A stretch of DNA of 64,000 bases from an uncultured Gammaproteobacteria bacterium (lineage in GTDB: Bacteria; Pseudomonadota; Gammaproteobacteria; UBA9214): positions 1-64,000 of the forward strand of contig CAVYZN010000019.1 in the NCBI GenBank assembly GCA_963773065.1. The letters run 5' to 3'. The translations under genes and the position numbers were made by a program. The first letter of the stretch is position 1. Each line of letters begins with the position of its first letter. Positions 63,554 through 64,000 of the stretch are shown here, one piece after another. The notes under the pieces are model-generated. The model worked only from the letters and a program-made list of their open reading frames with translations, ran no database searches and was not told the DNA's origin.

Positions 63554-64000
63554 TCATGCAACGACCCGTTGATCTCCGCGCGGTTGTTGCACCACCATGC
63601 AACAGGCAGGTTTCAACGGGTCGGCGCCAATGGTTCCCACCAAGCTCGCCAGGTATTCCTGGCTCTGGACCTGCATGAGTTTATTCCTGGCGGCTTCGAA
63701 GCGCTCGCCGATGCAAAGACGTTCCGCCTCGTCCCGGTATTCGCTATCGTTCAGGAACCGCTGGAGGTTGTACACATGGCGCTTCCACAGGTCGATGTCG
63801 CGGCTCTGCTTGACCGCCAGGCGTTCGTGATACCAGACGGATTCCAGCAGGTAGTCACGCGTGAACATGGCGCGAATTCCGGGGTGATGCGCGTCCATAC
63901 CCCGGTAGGTGCCGGCCGCCATGATATGCAGCAGCGCCTGCAAGCGGCGGACAGGCATCCGCAATGCAGCCACCGTCCAGGTAGCGCTGCGCCACGCGCT
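63554..64000 (-). CDS. C-terminus of a large conserved protein, possibly PPi-dependent PEP carboxykinase
   Basis: MFTRDYLLESVWYHERL...KQSRDIDLW...LVGTIGADP recalls the C-terminus of that family; only the last ~150 aa are visible. Confidence 0.5.
   Translation of the reverse strand, partial: SAWRSATWTVAALRMPVRRLQALLHIMAAGTYRGMDAHHPGIRAMFTRDYLLESVWYHERLAVKQSRDIDLWKRHVYNLQRFLNDSEYRDEAERLCIGERFEAARNKLMQVQSQEYLASLVGTIGADPLKPACCMVVQQPRGDQRVVA

Overview
GC-rich (roughly 60-68% by eye) bacterial chromosome segment, most consistent with a Gammaproteobacterium of the Chromatiales/sulfur-oxidiser type (inferred from HiPIP, an orphan Cas6/Cmx6-like gene and a GlyGly/JDVT-CTERM protease). Many otherwise intact genes (recQ, greB, pyruvate kinase, porin, ABC exporter) carry single frameshifts, which points to uncorrected long-read indels rather than real pseudogenes. 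Core content: a Zn/Mn uptake operon, CorA and MgtE transporters, RecQ, HiPIP, pyruvate kinase, GreB, an NdvB-like glucan synthase followed by two dynamin-like GTPases, an SLC13 permease, S8 and M14 peptidases, and a ~1360-aa internally duplicated membrane protein upstream of the orphan Cas6. The most striking structure is at 58.9-61.9 kb. An integron-type core site (GTTAGGC) is split by a 1.6-kb element that lacks terminal inverted repeats, is flanked by TTAG and encodes an unusual transposase with a Rep_trans-like motif. Next comes an AbiU2-like HEPN gene cassette whose attC has been invaded by an ORF-less group IIC intron. A second, decayed integrase-less cassette cluster (ptsI, GNAT, SDR, hicBA) lies at 41.5-45.4 kb, and an ISL3 with a passenger gene and 8-bp target duplication lies at 19.3-21.0 kb. 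No intI, CRISPR array, rRNA or tRNA gene was seen. Family assignments come from motif recognition only; no searches were run.
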